Notes under the pieces: model-generated | The model's input: only the letters and a program-made list of their open reading frames with translations | Told to the model about the DNA's origin: nothing | Databases searched by the model: none | Source: Eledone cirrhosa | Lineage: Eukaryota | Length of the DNA stretch: 64,000 nucleotides | Direction: 5' to 3' | NCBI GenBank assembly: GCA_964016885.1 | Contig: OZ024745.1 | Location: forward strand, 496,001 to 560,000 | In this document: positions 51,701 to 64,000 of the stretch, piece after piece | How positions within the stretch are numbered: position 1 is the stretch's first letter | How the letters are laid out: every line of letters starts with the position of its first letter | Program-made: the position numbers and the translations under genes

Positions 51701-54300
51701 GACCTGGTACTGTTGTGGTCTGACTGCCAGTAAAGGACCTGGTACTATTGTGGTCTGACTATCAGTAAAGGACCTGGTACTGTTGTGTCTGACTGCCAGT
51801 AAAGGACCTGGTACTATTGTGGTCTGACTGTCAGTAAAGGACCTGGTACTATTGTTGTCTGACTGTCAGTAAAGGACCTGGTACTATTGTGCTCTGACTA
51901 TCAGTAAAGGACCTGGTACTGTTGTGGTCTGACTGTCAATAAAGGACCTGGTACTGCTGTGGTCTGACTGTCAATAAAGGACCTGGTACTGCTGTGGTCT
52001 GACTGTCAGTAAAGGACCTGGTACTGCTGTGCTCTGACTGTCAGTAAAGGACCTGGTACTGTTGTGGTCTGACTGCCAGTAAAGGACCTGGTACTGTTGT
52101 GGTCTGACTGCCAGTAAAGGACCTGGTACCGTTGTGGTCTGACTGCCAGTAAAGGACCTGGTACTATTGTGGTCTGACTGTCAATAAAGGACCTGGTACT
52201 GCTGTGCTCTGACTGTCAATAAAGGACCTGGTACTGTTGTGGTCTGACTGCCAGTAAAGGACCTGGTACTGCTGTGGTCTGACTGCAAGTAAAGGACCTG
52301 GTACTGCTGTGGTCTGACTGTCAATAAAGGACCTGGTACTGTTGTGGTCTGACTGCCAGTAAAGGACATGGTACTGTTGTGGTCTGACTGTCAGTAAAGG
52401 ACCTGGTACTGTTGTGGTCTGACTGCCAGTAAAGGACCTGGTACTATTGTGGTCTGACTATCAGTAAAGGAGCTGGTACTGTTGTGGTCTGACTGCCAGT
52501 AAAGGACCTGGTACTATTGTGGTCTGACTATCAGTAAAGGACCTGGTACTGTTGTGTCTGACTGCCAGTAAAGTACCTGGTACTATTGTGGTCTGACTGT
52601 CAGTAAAGGACCTGGTACTGCTGTGCTCTGACTGCCAGTAATGGACCTGGTACTGTTGTGTCTGACTGTCAGTAAAGGACCTGGTACTATTGTGGTCTGA
52701 CTGTCAATAAAGGACCTGGTACTGCTGTGGTCTGACTGTCAATAAAGGACCTGGTACTGCTGTGGTCTGACTGTCAATAAAGGACCTGGTACTGTTGTGG
52801 TCTGACTGTCAATAAAGGACCTGGTACTGCTGTGGTCTGACTGTCAATAAAGGACCTGGTACTGCTGTGGTCTGACTGTCAGTAAAGGACCTGGTACTGT
52901 TGTGGTCTGACTGACAGTAAAGGACCTGGTACTATTGTGCTCTGACTATCAGTAAAGGACCTGGTACTGTTGTGGTCTGACTGTCAATAAAGGACCTGGT
53001 ACTGCTGTGGTCTGACTGTCAATAAAGGACCTGGTACTGCTGTGGTCTGACTGTCAATAAAGGACCTGGTACTGTTGTGGTCTGACTGTCAATAAAGGAC
53101 CTGGTACTGCTGTGGTCTGACTCTCAGTAAAGGACCTGGTACTGCTGTGCTCTGACTGTCAGTAAAGGACCTGGTACTGTTGTGGTCTGACTGTCAATAA
53201 AGGACCTGGTACTGCTGTGGTCTGACTGCCAGTAAAGGACCTGGTACTGTTGTGGTCTGACTGTCAATAAAGGACCTGGTACTGCTGTGGTCTGACTGCC
53301 AGTAAAGGACCTGGTACTGCTGTGGTCTGACTGTCAATAAAGGACCGGGTACTGTTGTGGTCTGACTGACAGTAAAGGACCTGGTACTGTTGTGGTCTGA
53401 CTGCCAGTAAAGGACCTGGTACTGCTGTGGTCTGACTGTCAGTAAAGGACCTGGTACTGCTGTGGTCTGACTGTCAATAAAGGACCTGGTACTGTTGTGG
53501 TCTGACTGCCAGTAAAGGACCTGGTACTGTTGTGGTCTGACTGTCAGTAAAGGACCTGGTACTGCTGTGGTCTGACTGTCAATAAAGGACCTGGTACTGT
53601 TGTGGTCTGACTGCCAGTAAAGGACCTGGTACTGCTGTGGTCTGACTGTCAGTAAAGGACCTGGTACTGCTGTGGTCTGACTGTCAGTAAAGGACCGGGT
53701 ACTGCTGTGGTCTGACTGTCAATAAAGGACCTGGTACTGTTGTGGTCTGACTGTCAATAAAGGACCTGGTACTGTTGTGGTCTGACTGTCAGTAAAGGAC
53801 GTGGTACTGCTGTGGTCTGACTGTCAATAAAGGACATGGTACTGTTGTGGTCTGACTGCCAGTAAAGGACCTGGTACTGTTGTGGTCTGACTGTCAGTAA
53901 AGGACCTGGTACTGCTGTGGTCTGACTGTCAGTAAAGGACCTGGTACTGCTGTGGTCTGACTGTCAATAAAGGACCTGGTACTGTTGTGGTCTGACTGTC
54001 AATAAAGGACCTGGTACTGCTGTGGTCTGACTGTCAATAAAGGACCTGGTACTGCTGTGGTCTGACTGTCAATAAAGGACCTGGTACTGTTGTGGTCTGA
54101 CTGTCAATAAAGGACTGGTACTGCTGTGGTCTGACTGTCAATAAAGGACCTGGTACTGCTGTGGTCTGACTGTCAATAAAGGACCTGGTACTGCTGTGGT
54201 CTGACTGTCAATAAAGGACCTGGTACTGTTGTGGTCTGACTGTCAATAAAGGACCTGGTACTGCTGTGGTCTGACTGTCAATAAAGGACCTGGTACTGTT
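39720..54300. repeat. HOR domain 3: ~3.5-kb and ~3.9-kb duplications built from ~1-kb subunits
   Basis: TACTACTG at 40591 and 44123 (offset 3532); GGACCGGGT at 49392/53342 and 49742/53692 (offset 3950); domain markers GACTATCAGT, GGTACCGTT and GGACATGGT. Boundaries approximate. Confidence 0.8.
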
Positions 54301-57300
54301 GTGGTCTGACTGTCAGTAAAGGACCTGGTACTGTTGTGTTCTGACTGTCAGTAAAGGACCTGGTACTGCTGTGGTCTGACTGTCAATAAAGGACCTGGTA
54401 CTGTTGTGGTCTGACTGCCAGTAAAGGACCTGGTACTGTTGTGGTCTGACTGCCAGTAAAGGACCTGGTACTGTTGTGGTCTGACTGCCAGTAAAGGACA
54501 TGGTACTGTTGTGGTCTGACTGTCAGTAAAGGACCTGGTACTGTTGTGGTCTGACTGCCAGTAAAGGACCTGGTACTGTTGTGGTCTGACTGTCAATAAA
54601 GGACCTGGTACTGCTGTGTTCTGACTGCCAGTAAAGGACCTGGTACTGTTGTGGTCTGACTGTCAATAAAGGACCTGGTACTGTTGTGGTCTGACTGTCA
54701 GTAAAGGACCTGGTACTGTTGTGGTCTGACTGTCAGTAAAGGACCTGGTACTGTTGTGGTCTGACTGTCAGTAAAGGACCTGGTACTGTTGTGGTCTGAC
54801 TGCCAGTAAAGGACCTGGTACTGTTGTGGTCTGACTGTCAATAAAGGACCTGGTACTATTGTGGTCTGACTGTCAATAAAGGAGCTGGTACTGCTGTGGT
54901 CTGACTGCCAGTAAAGGACCTGGTAATGTTGTGGTCTGACTGCCAGTATAGGACCTGGTACTGTTGTGGTCTGACTGCCAGTAAAGGACCTGGTACTGTT
55001 GTGGTCTGACTGTCAATAAAGGACCTGGTACTGCTGTGGTCTGACTGCCAGTAAAGGACCTGGTACTATTGTGGTCTGACTGTCAATAAAGGACCTGGTA
55101 CTGCTGTGGTCTGACTGTCAATAAAGGACCTGGTACTGCTGTGCTCTGACTGTCAGTAAAGGACCTGGTACTGTTGTGGTCTGACTGTCAATAAAGGACC
55201 TGGTACTGCTGTGCTCTGACTCTGACTGCCAGTAAAGGACCTGGTACTGCTGTGCTCTGACTGCCAGTAAAGGACCTGGTACTGTTGTGTCTGACTGTCA
55301 ATAAAGGACCTGGTACTATTGTGGTCTGACTGTCAATAAAGGACCTGGTACTGCTGTGGTCTGACTGCCAGTAAAGGACCTGGTACTGTTGTGTCTGACT
55401 GTCAATAAAGGACCTGGTACTGTTGTGGTCTGACTGCCAGTAAAGGACCTGGTACTGCTGTGCTCTGACTGCCAGTAAAGGACCTGGTACTGCTGTGGTC
55501 TGACTGCCAGTAAATGACCTGGTACTGTTGTGTCTGACTGTCAATAAAGGACCTGGTACTGCTGTGGTCTGACTGTCAATAAAGGACCTGGTACTGCTGT
55601 GGTCTGACTGCCAGTAAAGGACCTGGTACTGTTGTGTTCTGACTGCCAGTAAAGGACCTGGTACTGCTGTGTTCTGACTGCCAGTAAAGGACCTGGTACT
55701 GCTGTGCTCTGACTGCCAGTAAAGGACCTGGTACTGCTGTGGTCTGACTGCCAGTAAAGGACCTGGTACTGCTGTGGTCTGACTGCCAGTAAAGGACCTG
55801 GTACTGCTGTGGTCTGACTGTCAATAAAGGACCTGGTACTGCTGTGGTCTGACTGCCAGTAAAGGACCTGGTACTGTTGTGTTCTGACTGCCAGTAAAGG
55901 ACCTGGTATTGCTGTGGTCTGACTGCCAGTAAAGGACCTGGTACTATTGTGGTCTGACTGCCAGTAAAGGACCTGGTACTATTGTGGTCTGACTGTCAAA
56001 AAAATACCTGGTACTGCTGTGGTCTGACTGTCAGTAAAGGACCTGGTACTGTTGTGGTCTGACTGCCAGTAAAGGACCTGGTACTGTTGTGTCTGACTGT
56101 CAATAAAGGACCTGGTACTATTGTGGTCTGACTGTCAGTAAAGGACCTGGTACTGTTGTGGTCTGACTGCCAATAAAGGACCTGGTACTGTTGTGGTCTG
56201 ACTGCCAGTAAAGGACCTGGTACTGTTGTGGTCTGACTGCCAGTAAAGGACCTGGTACTGCTGTGGTCTGACTGTCAGTAAAGGACCTGGTACTATTGTG
56301 GTCTGACTGCCAGTAAAGGACCTGGTACTGTTGTGTTCTGACTGTCAGTAAAGGACCTGGTACTGCTGTGGTCTGACTGTCAGTAAAGGACCTGGTACTG
56401 TTGTGTTCTGACTGCCAGTAAAGGACCTGGTACTGCTGTGGTCTGACTGCCAGTAAAGGACCTGGTACTGCTGTGGTCTGACTGTCAATAAAGGACCTGG
56501 TACTGTTGTGGTCTGACTGTCAGTAAAGGACCTGGTACTGTTGTGTTCTGACTGCCAGTAAAGGACCTGGTACTGCTGTGGTCTGACTGCCAGTAAAGGA
56601 CCTGGTACTATTGTGGTCTGACTGCCAGTAAAGGACCTAATACTGTTGTGGTCTGACTGTCAGTAAAGGACCTGGTACTGTTGTGTTCTGACTGCCAGTA
56701 AAGGACCTGGTACTGCTGTGGTCTGACTGCCAGTAAATGACCTGGTACTGTTGTGTCTGACTGTCAATAAAGGACCTGGTACTGCTGTGGTCTGACTGTC
56801 AATAAAGGATCTGGTACTGTTGTGTTCTGACTGCCAGTAAAGGAGCTGGTACTGCTGTGCTCTGACTGCCAGTAAAGGACCTGGTACTGCTGTGGTCTGA
56901 CTGCCAGTAAAGGACCTGGTACTGCTGTGGTCTGACTGCCAGTAAAGGACCTGGTACTGCTGTGGTCTGACTGTCAATAAAGGACCTGGTACTGCTGTGG
57001 TCTGACTGCCAGTAAAGGACCTGGTACTGTTCTGTTCTGACTGCCAGTAAAGGACCTGGTACTGCTGTGGTCTGACTGCCAGTAAAGGACCTGGTACTAT
57101 TGTGGTCTGACTGCCAGTAAAGGACCTGGTACTATTGTGGTCTGACTGTCAATAAAGGACCTGGTACTGCTGTGGTCTGACTGTCAGTAAAGGACCTGGT
57201 ACTGTTGTGGTCTGACTGCCAGTAAAGGACCTGGTACTGTTGTGTCTGACTGTCAATAAAGGACCTGGTACTATTGTGGTCTGACTGTCAGTAAAGGACC

Positions 57301-60300
57301 TGGTACTGTTGTGGTCTGACTGCCAATAAAGGACCTGGTACTGTTGTGGTCTGACTGCCAGTAAAGGACCTGGTACTGTTGTGGTCTGACTGCCAGTAAA
57401 GGACCTGGTACTGCTGTGGTCTGACTGTCAGTAAAGGACCTGGTACTTCTGTGGTCTGACTGTCAGTAAAGTACCTGGTACTATTGTGGTCTGACTGCCA
57501 GTAAAGGACCTGGTACTGTTGTGTTCTGACTGCCAGTAAAGGACCTGGTACTGCTGTGGTCTGACTGTCAGTAAAGGACCTGGTACTGTTGTGTTCTGGC
57601 TGCCAGTAAAGGACCTGGTACGGCTGTGGTCTGAATGCCAGTAAAGGACCTGGTACTGCTGTGGTCTGACTGTCAATAAAGGACCTGGTACTGTTGTGGT
57701 CTGACTGTCAGTAAAGGACCTGGTACTGTTGTGTTCTGACTGCCAGTAAAGGACCTGGTACTGCTGTGGTCTGACTGCCAGTAAAGGACCTGGTACTATT
57801 GTGGTCTGACTGCCAGTAAAGGACCTGGTACTGTTGTGGTCTGACTGTCAGTAAAGGACCTGGTACTGTTGTGTTCTGACTGCCAGTAAAGGACCTGGTA
57901 CTGCTGTGTTCTGACTGTCAATAAAGGACCTGGTACTATTGTGGTCTGACTGCCAGTAAAGGACCTGGTACTGCTGTGGTCTGACTGTCAGTAAAGGACC
58001 TGGTACTGTTGTGGTCTGACTGCCAGTAAAGGACCTGGTACTGTTGTGTTCTGACTGCCAGTAAAAGACCTGGTACTGTTGTGTTTTGACTGCCAGTAAA
58101 GGACCTGGTACTGCTGTGGTCTGACTGCCAGTAAAGGACCTGGTACTGCTGTGGTCTGACTGCCAGTAAAGGACCTGGTACTGCTGTGGTCTGACTGTCA
58201 GTAAAGGACCTGGTACTGCTGTGGTCTGACTGTCAGTAAAGGACCTGGTACTGCTGTGCTCTGACTGCCATTAAAGGACCTGGTACTGCTGTGTCTGACT
58301 GTCAATAAAGGACCTGGTACTATTGTGGTCTGACTGTCAATAAAGGACCTGGTACTGCTGTGGTCTGACTGCCAGTAAAGGACCTGGTACTGTTGTGTCT
58401 GACTGTCAATAAAGGACCTGGTACTGTTGTGGTCTGACTGCCAGTAAAGGACCTGGTACTGCTGTGCTCTGACTGCCAGTAAAGGACCTGGTACTGCTGT
58501 GGTCTGACTGCCAGTAAATGACCTGGTACTGTTGTGTCTGACTGTCAATAAAGGACCTGGTACTGCTGTGGTCTGACTGTCAATAAAGGACCTGGTACTG
58601 CTGTGGTCTGACTGCCAGTAAAGGACCTGGTACTGTTGTGTTCTGACTGCCAGTAAAGGACCTGGTACTGCTGTGTTCTGACTGCCAGTAAAGGACCTGG
58701 TACTGCTGTGCTCTGACTGCCAGTAAAGGACCTGGTACTGCTGTGGTCTGACTGCCAGTAAAGGACCTGGTACTGCTGTGGTCTGACTGCCAGTAAAGGA
58801 CCTGGTACTGCTGTGGTCTGACTGTCAATAAAGGACCTGGTACTGCTGTGGTCTGACTGCCAGTAAAGGACCTGGTACTGTTGTGTTCTGACTGCCAGTA
58901 AAGGACCTGGTATTGCTGTGGTCTGACTGCCAGTAAAGGACCTGGTACTATTGTGGTCTGACTGCCAGTAAAGGACCTGGTACTATTGTGGTCTGACTGT
59001 CAGTAAAGGACCTAGTACTATTGTGCTCTGACTGCCAGTAAAGGACCTGGTACTGCTGTCGTCTGACTGTCAATAAAGGACCTGGTACTGTTGTGGTCTG
59101 ACTGTCAGTAAAGGACCTAGTACTATTGTGCTCTGACTGCCAGTAAAGGACCTGGTACTGTTGTGGTCTGACTGTCAGTAAAGGACCTGGTACTGTTGTG
59201 GTCTGACTGCCAGTAAAGGACCTGGTACTGTTGTGTCTGACTGTCAATAAAGGACCTGGTACTATTGTGGTCTGACTGTCAGTAAAGGACCTGGTACTGT
59301 TGTGGTCTGACTGCCAATAAAGGACCTGGTACTGTTGTGGTCTGACTGCCAGTAAAGGACCTGGTACTGTTGTGGTCTGACTGCCAGTAAAGGACCTGGT
59401 ACTGCTGTGGTCTGACTGTCAGTAAAGGACCTGGTACTATTGTGGTCTGACTGCCAGTAAAGGACCTGGTACTGTTGTGTTCTGACTGTCAGTAAAGGAC
59501 CTGGTACTGCTGTGGTCTGACTGTCAGTAAAGGACCTGGTACTGTTGTGTTCTGACTGCCAGTAAAGGACCTGGTACTGCTGTGGTCTGACTGCCAGTAA
59601 AGGACCTGGTACTGCTGTGGTCTGACTGTCAATAAAGGACCTGGTACTGTTGTGGTCTGACTGTCAGTAAAGGACCTGGTACTGTTGTGTTCTGACTGCC
59701 AGTAAAGGACCTGGTACTGCTGTGGTCTGACTTCCAGTAAAGGACCTGGTACTATTGTGGTCTGACTGCCAGTAAAGGACCTGGTACTGTTGTGGTCTGA
59801 CTGTCAGTAAAGGACCTGGTACTGTTGTGTTCTGACTGCCAGTAAAGGACCTGGTACTGCTGTGGTCTGACTGCCAGTAAATGACCTGGTACTGTTGTGT
59901 CTGACTGTCAATAAAGGACCTGGTACTGCTGTGGTCTGACTGTCAATAAAGGATCTGGTACTGTTGTGTTCTGACTGCCAGTAAAGGAGCTGGTACTGCT
60001 GTGCTCTGACTGCCAGTAAAGGACCTGGTACTGCTGTGGTCTGACTGCCAGTAAAGGACCTGGTACTGCTGTGGTCTGACTGCCAGTAAAGGACCTGGTA
60101 CTGCTGTGGTCTGACTGTCAATAAAGGACCTGGTACTGCTGTGGTCTGACTGCCAGTAAAGGACCTGGTACTGTTGTGTTCTGACTGCCAGTAAAGGACC
60201 TGGTACTGCTGTGGTCTGACTGCCAGTAAAGGACCTGGTACTATTGTGGTCTGACTGCCAGTAAAGGACCTGGTACTATTGTGGTCTGACTGTCAATAAA

Positions 60301-61620
60301 GGACCTGGTACTGCTGTGGTCTGACTGTCAGTAAAGGACCTGGTACTGTTGTGGTCTGACTGCCAGTAAAGGACCTGGTACTGTTGTGTCTGACTGTCAA
60401 TAAAGGACCTGGTACTATTGTGGTCTGACTGTCAGTAAAGGACCTGGTACTGTTGTGGTCTGACTGCCAATAAAGGACCTGGTACTGTTGTGGTCTGACT
60501 GCCAGTAAAGGACCTGGTACTGTTGTGGTCTGACTGCCAGTAAAGGACCTGGTACTGCTGTGGTCTGACTGTCAGTAAAGGACCTGGTACTTCTGTGGTC
60601 TGACTGTCAGTAAAGTACCTGGTACTATTGTGGTCTGACTGCCAGTAAAGGACCTGGTACTGTTGTGTTCTGACTGCCAGTAAAGGACCTGGTACTGCTG
60701 TGGTCTGACTGTCAGTAAAGGACCTGGTACTGTTGTGTTCTGACTGCCAGTAAAGGACCTGGTACTGCTGTGGTCTGACTGCCAGTAAAGGACCTGGTAC
60801 TGCTGTGGTCTGACTGTCAATAAAGGACCTGGTACTGTTGTGGTCTGACTGTCAGTAAAGGACCTGGTACTGTTGTGTTCTGACTGCCAGTAAAGGACCT
60901 GGTACTGCTGTGGTCTGACTGCCAGTAAAGGACCTGGTACTATTGTGGTCTGACTGCCAGTAAAGGACCTGGTACTGTTGTGGTCTGACTGTCAGTAAAG
61001 GACCTGGTACTGTTGTGTTCTGACTGCCAGTAAAGGACCTGGTACTGCTGTGCTCTGACTGTCAATAAAGGACCTGGTACTGCTGTGGTCTGACTGTCAG
61101 TAAAGGACCTGGTACTGTTGTGGTCTGACTGCCAGTAAAGGACCTGGTACTGTTGTGTTCTGACTGCCAGTAAAGGACCTGGTACTGCTGTGGTCTGACT
61201 GCCAGTAAAGGACCTGGTACTGCTGTGGTCTGACTGCCAGTAAAGGACCTGGTACTGTTGTGTTCTGACTGCCAATAAAGGACCTGGTACTGCTGTGTTC
61301 TGACTGTCAATAAAGGACCTGGTACTATTGTGGTCTGACTGCCAGTAAAGGACCTGGTACTGCTGTGGTCTGACTGTCAGTAAAGGACCTGGTACTGTTG
61401 TGGTCTGACTGCCAGTAAAGGACCTGGTACTGTTGTGTTCTGACTGCCAGTAAAAGACCTGGTACTGTTGTGTTTTGACTGCCAGTAAAGGACCTGGTAC
61501 TGCTGTGGTCTGACTGCCAGTAAAGGACCTGGTACTGCTGTGGTCTGACTGCCAGTAAAGGACCTGGTACTGCTGTGGTCTGACTGTCAGTAAAGGACCT
61601 GGTACTGCTGTGGTCTGACT
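54300..61620. repeat. HOR domain 4: ~3.0-3.1-kb duplication rich in GTTGTGTTCTG monomers
   Basis: Blocks 55576/58580 (offset 3004), 56660/59804 and 57428/60572 (offset 3144); rare GCCAAT at 56169/59313 and 57322/60466. Boundaries approximate. Confidence 0.82.
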
Positions 61621-64000
61621 GTCAGTAAAGGACCTGGTACTGTTATGGTCTGACTGTCAGTAAAGGACCTGGTACTATTGTGGTCTGACTGTCAATAAAG
61701 GACCTGGTACTGCTGTGGTCTGACTGTCAGTAAAGGACCTGGTACTGTTGTGGTCTGACTGTCAGTAAAGGACCTGGTACTATTGTGGTCTGACTGTCAA
61801 TAAAGGACCTGGTACTGCTGTGGTCTGACTGTCAGTAAAGGACCTGGTACTGTTGTGGTCTGACTGCCAATAAAGGACCTGGTACTGTTGTGGTCTTACT
61901 GTCAGTAAAGGACCTGGTACTGCTGTGGTCTGACTGTCAGTAAAGGACCTGGTACTGCTGTGGTCTGACTGCCAGTAAAGGACCTGGTACTGTTGTGGTC
62001 TGACTGTCAGTAAAGGACCTGGTACTATTGTGGTCTGACTGTCAGTAAAGGACCTGGTACTGCTGTGCTCTGACTGTCAATAAAGGACCTGGTACTGTTG
62101 TGGTCTGACTGCCAGTAAAGGACCTGGTACTGTTGTGGTCTGACTGTCAGTAAAGGACCTGGTACTATTGTGGTCTGACTGTCAATAAAGGACCTGGTAC
62201 TGTTGTGGTCTGACTGTCAATAAAGGACCTGGTACTGTTGTGGTCTGACTGTCAATAAAGGACCTGGTACTGTTGTGGTCTGACTGTCAGTAAAGGACCT
62301 GGTACTATTGTGGTCTGACTGTCAATAAAGGACGTAGTACTGTTGTGGTCTGACTGTCATTAAAGGACCTGGTACTGCTGTGGTCTGACTGTCAATAAAG
62401 GACCTGGTACTATTGTGGTCTGACTGTCAATAAAGGACCTGGTACTGTTGTGGTCTAACTGTCAGTAAAGGACCTGGTACTGCTGTGGTCTGACTGTCAA
62501 TAAAGGACCTGGTACTATTGTGGTCTGACTGTCAATAAAGGACCTGGTACTGCTGTGGTCTGACTGTCAGTAAAGGACCTGGTACTATTGTGGTCTGACT
62601 GTCAATAAAGGACCTGGTACTGTTGTGGTCTGACTGTCAGTAAAGGACCTGGTACTGCTGTGGTCTGACTGTCAATAAAGGACCTGGTACTATTGTGGTC
62701 TGACTGTCAATAAAGGACCTGGTACTGCTGTGGTCTGACTGTCAGTAAAGGACCTGGTACTGCTGTGGTCTGACTGTCAGTAAAGGACCTGGTACTATTG
62801 TGGTCTGACTGTCAATAAAGGACCTGGTACTGTTGTGGTCTGACTGTCAGTAAAGGACCTGGTACTGCTGTGGTCTGACTGTCAGTAAAGGACCTGGTAC
62901 TATTGTGGTCTGACTGTCAATAAAGGACCTGGTACTGCTGTGGTCTGACTGTCAATAAAGGACCTGGTACTGTTGTGGTCTGACTGTCAGTAAAGGACCT
63001 GGTACTATTGTGGTCTGACTGTCAATAAAGGACCTGGTACTGCTGTGGTCTGACTGTCAATAAAAGACCTGGTTCTATTGTGGTCTGACTGTCAGTAAAG
63101 GACCTGGTGCTGTTGTGTCTGACTGTCAGTAAAGGACCTGGTACTGTTGTGTCTGACTGCCAGTAAAGGACCTGGTACTGTTGTGTCTGACTGTCAGTAA
63201 AGGACCTGGTACTGTTGTGTCTGACTGCCAGTAAAGGACCTGGTACTGTTGTGTCTGACTGTCAGTAAAGGACCTGGTATTGTTGTGTCTGACTGCCAGT
63301 AAAGGACCTGGTACTGTTGTGGTCTGACTGTCAATAAAGGACCTGGTACTGTTGTGTCTGACTGTCAGTAAAGGACCTGGTACTGTTTATGGTCTGTCAG
63401 TAAAGGACCTGGTACTATTGTGGTCTGACTGCCTGTAAAGGACCTGGTACTGCTGTGGTCTGACTGCCAGTAAAGGACCTGGTACTGTTGTCTGACTGCC
63501 AGTAAAGGCCCTGGTACTGTTGTCTGACTGCCAGTAAAGGACCTGGTACTGTTGTGGTTGTCAGTAAAGGACCTGGTACTGTTGTGGTCTGACTGTCAGT
63601 AAAGGACCTGGTACTGTTGTGGTCTGACTGTCAGTAAAGGACCTGGTACTGTTGTGGTCTGACTGTCAGTAAAGGACCTGGTACTGTTGTGGTCTGACTG
63701 TCAGTAAAGGACCTGGTACTGTTGTCTGACTGCCAGTAAAGGCCCTGGTACTGTTGTCTGACTGCCAGGAAAGGACCTGGTACTGTTGTGGTCTGACTGT
63801 CAGTAAAGGACCTGGTACTGTTGTGGTCTGACTGCCAGTAAAGGACCTGGTACTGTTGTGGTCTGACTGCCAGTAAAGGACCTGGTACTGTTGTGGTCTG
63901 ACTGCCAGTAAAGGACCTGGTACTGTTGTGGTCTGACTGTCAGTAAAGGACCTGGTACTGTTGTGGTCTGACTGTCAGTAAAGGACCTGGTACTGTTGTG

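Larger units (their letters stand above)
9450..64000. repeat. 35-bp satellite DNA array, >54 kb, runs off the right edge (consensus AAGGACCTGGTACT[G/A][T/C]TGTG[G/C/T/-]TCTGACTG[T/C]CA[A/G]TA)
   Basis: Uninterrupted head-to-tail monomers in one orientation, with 34-bp deletion variants interspersed; roughly 1,560 copies by length. No unique spacers or TE insertions seen. Confidence 0.99.

Noticed and set aside
10512-61310. Dozens of minus-strand ORFs (TVRPQQYQVLYWQSDHNSTRSF...) suggesting a repetitive protein
   Set aside because: They are translations of a 35-bp unit (not a multiple of 3) cycling through frames, with frequent stops and 34-bp frameshifting monomers and mostly non-ATG starts.
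9450-64000. CRISPR-like array (35-bp partly palindromic repeat)
   Set aside because: Monomers are directly adjacent with no unique spacers, there are no cas genes, and the context is eukaryotic.

Overview
Eukaryotic, almost entirely repetitive window; the SINE and LINE-tail motifs look like those I associate with octopod cephalopods (inference, not checked). Layout: (1) 1-3518, the end of a 52-bp tandem satellite. (2) 3519-9449, a ~5.9-kb island with five decayed minus-strand tRNA-derived SINE copies, a 5'-truncated, frameshifted RTE-like LINE (RT followed by a C4HC3 PHD-like finger) sitting between (TA)n tracts, and a 96-bp-arm inverted repeat whose minus strand carries a complete minimal type I hammerhead ribozyme of the kind found in Penelope-like elements. 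(3) ~9450-64000, a >54-kb array of a 35-bp satellite (~1,560 monomers) organised into successive higher-order-repeat (HOR) domains. All minus-strand 'TVRPQQYQVLY' ORFs are translations of this satellite, not genes. No CRISPR array, rRNA, tRNA or confident host gene was seen. Most notable: the hammerhead/inverted-repeat element, the PHD finger inside the LINE ORF2, and a ~140-bp gain at ~59 kb whose sequence matches a satellite domain 34-38 kb upstream. All alignments were done by eye.
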